From Malacoraja senta (Eukaryota), in NCBI GenBank assembly GCA_038087875.1, contig CM075993.1, positions 10,356,001-10,420,000 on the forward strand: a stretch of 64,000 bases of DNA. The letters run 5' to 3'. The translations under genes were made by a program, and so were the position numbers. Each line of letters starts with the position of its first letter. The stretch's first letter is position 1. Below the pieces are notes generated by a model that worked only from the letters and a program-made list of their open reading frames with translations, had not been told where the DNA came from and did no database searches. Shown here piece by piece: positions 61,458 to 64,000 of the stretch.

Positions 61458-63625
61458 TATAGATACATAGATACATAGAAAATAGGTGCAGGAGTAGGCC
61501 ATTCGGCCATTCAATATGATCATGGCTGATCATCCAACTCAGTATCCTGTACCTGCCTTCTCTCCATACCCCCTGATCCCTTTAGCCACAAGGGCCACAT
61601 CTAACTCCCTCTTAAATATAGCCAATGAACTGGCCTCGACTACCCTCTGTGGCAGAGAGTTCCAGAGATTCACCACTCTCTGTGTGAAAACGTTTTTTCT
61701 CATCTCGGTCTTAAAGGATTTCCCCCTTATCCTTAAGCTGTGACCCCTTGTCCTGGACTTCCCCAACATCGGGAACAATCTTCCTGCATCTAGCCTGTCC
61801 AACCCCTTAAGAATTTTGTAAGTTTCTATAAGATCCACTCTCAATCTCCTAAATTCTAGCGAGTATAAGCCGAGTCTATCCAGTCTTTCTTCATATGAAA
61901 GTCCTGACATCCCAGGAATCAGTCTGGTGAAGCTTCTCTGCACTCCCTCTATGGCTATAATGTCCCTCCTCAGATTTGGAGACCAAAACTGTACGCAATA
62001 CTCCAGGTGTGGTCTCACCAAGACCCTGTACAACTGCAGTAGAACCTCCCTGCTCCTATACTCAAATCCTTTTGCTATGAAAGCTAACATACCATTCACT
62101 TTCTTCACTGCCTGCTGCACCTGCATGCCTACTTTCAATGACTGGTGTACCATGACACCCAGGTCTCGCTGCATCTCCCCTTTTCCTAATCGGCCACCAT
62201 TTAGATAATAGTCTGCTTTCTTGTTTTTGCCACCAAAGTGGATAACCTCACATTTATCCACATTATACTGCATCTGCCAAACATTTGCCCACTCACCCAG
62301 CCTATCCAAGTCACCTTGCAGTCTCCTAGCATCCTCCTCACAGCTAACACTGCCCCCCAGCTTAGTGTCATCCGCAAACTTGGAGATGTTGCCTTCAATT
62401 CCCTCATCCAGATCATTAATATAAATTGTAAATAGCTGGGGTCCCAGCACTGAGCCTTGCGGTACCCCACTAGTCACTGCCTGCCATTGTGAAAAGGACC
62501 CGTTTACTCCTACTCTTTGCTTCCTGTTTGCCAGCCAGTTCTCTATCCACATCAATACTGAACCCCCCAATACCGTGTGCTTTAAGTTTGTATACTAATC
62601 TCTTATGTGGGACCTTGTCGAAAGCCTTCTGAAAGTCCAGATACAACACATCCACTGGTTCTCCCCTATCCACTCTACTAGTTACATCCTCGAAAAATTC
62701 TATAAGATTCGTCAGACATGATTTACCTTTCGTAAATCCATGCTGACTTTGTCCAATGATTTCACCACTTTCCAAATGTGCTGCTATCCCATCTTTAATA
62801 ACTGACTCTAGCAGTTTCCCCACTACCGATGTTAGACTAACTGGTCTGTAATTCCCCGCTTTCTCTCTCCCTTCTTAAAAAGTGGGGTTACGTTTGCTAC
62901 CCTCCAATCCTCAGGAACTACTCCAGAATCTAAAGAGTTTTGAAAAATGATCACTAATGCATCCACTATTTCTGGAGCTACTTCCTTAAGTACTCTGGGA
63001 TGCAGCCTATCTTTTGCTTTGATATTATCCTTGATTTCCCTTGTTATCCACGGATGCACTACCTTCCCTGATTTATTCTTTTGCCAAACTGGGACGCTAC
63101 CCCACCTCCTTTTCCTTTCTCTCTATCCCTCCTGAATATTGAATATCCCTGGATGTTCAGCTCCCAGCCTTGGTCACCCTGGAGCCATGTCTCCGTGATC
63201 CCAACTATATCATAATCATTAATAGCTATCTGCACGTTCAACTCATCCACCTTATTACGAATGCTCCTTGCATTGAGACACAAAGCCTTCAGGCTTGTTT
63301 TTACAACGCTCTTACCCCTTTTACAATTATGTTGAAAAGTGGCCCTTTTTGATTTTTGCCCTGGATTTGTCTGCCTGCCACTTTTACTTTTCACCTTGCT
63401 ACCTATTGCTTCCGCCCGCATTTTACACCCCTCTGTTTCTCTGCTCACCCATTTAAGAACCCCACCACCTCTTATTCTCTGTTTATTATTGTTTTCTTCT
63501 TTCCCCCCTACATGTTGGGTCTGAGTGCTTTCCTTCTCTGCCTCCTGCCTCACACACTGTCTACTAGCTTTCTCTATTTGAGTCCCTCCCCCCAACCGTT
63601 CTAGTTTAAAGTCTCCCCAGTAGCC
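61458..63625 (-). mobile_element. Young CR1 LINE with internal deletions (same subfamily as 14458-15710)
   Basis: 343-aa RT ORF nearly identical to the 14.5-kb copy; APE start (LNARSIRNKVDEL, GITETWL); same (CATAGATA)n tail. Confidence 0.94.
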
Positions 63626-64000
63626 TTTGCTACTGGGGAGACTTTGACTTTGTTTCTGTTTAGTGGCATCTTTGTGTTTGAAAATTGTTACACGATGGAA
63701 AGCCATTGTTATGGGAAATTATCTATCTGTGGCGGGGACTGGCAGGAGTCCAGCCAAAATCTAGTCGGACACAAGTTGTGTGCTCTAGACATGTTTATTC
63801 TTCTGCATACAGCTCCCTACTCCTCAGCTGACACGGGCGTTGCCCGGCCTTAAATAACAACCCCCACCAAGATGCTGCCCTCTAGAGCCGATGGTTCGTC
63901 GTGACCTTGGGTTGCTATCAGGTGCCGCCACATAACTCTCTTGTGGTTGCATGTGTTGGAAACTTTCCAGCATGCTTTGTATGATTGGCTCCATTCAACT

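Overview
Vertebrate genomic DNA, most likely a cartilaginous fish such as a skate or ray (inferred from the CR1/HER1, HE1-like V-SINE and Penelope repeat content). The whole window lies inside one + strand gene, HERC1 (giant HECT E3 ubiquitin ligase). I traced 20 consecutive coding exons with GT-AG introns and consistent phases. They give about 1208 codons with no stop seen, covering part of the N-terminus, the complete first RCC1-like domain (RLD1) and the region after it. The gene starts before and continues after the window. Introns are densely filled with transposable elements: CR1 LINEs, a nearly intact AT-rich L2/Crack-type LINE, Rex1/Babar fragments and derivatives, Penelope-like elements, a decayed Tc1, PIF/Harbinger-type MITEs, V-SINEs and a non-autonomous Helitron. 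Most notable is a ~100-bp Penelope terminal repeat carrying a minimal hammerhead-ribozyme-like core (CTGAAGA-A-stem-GAAA-CGTC), present in many copies and several times as head-to-head palindromes. Several templated insertions and fold-back junctions are also visible. Exon coordinates were counted by hand; most TE boundaries are approximate.
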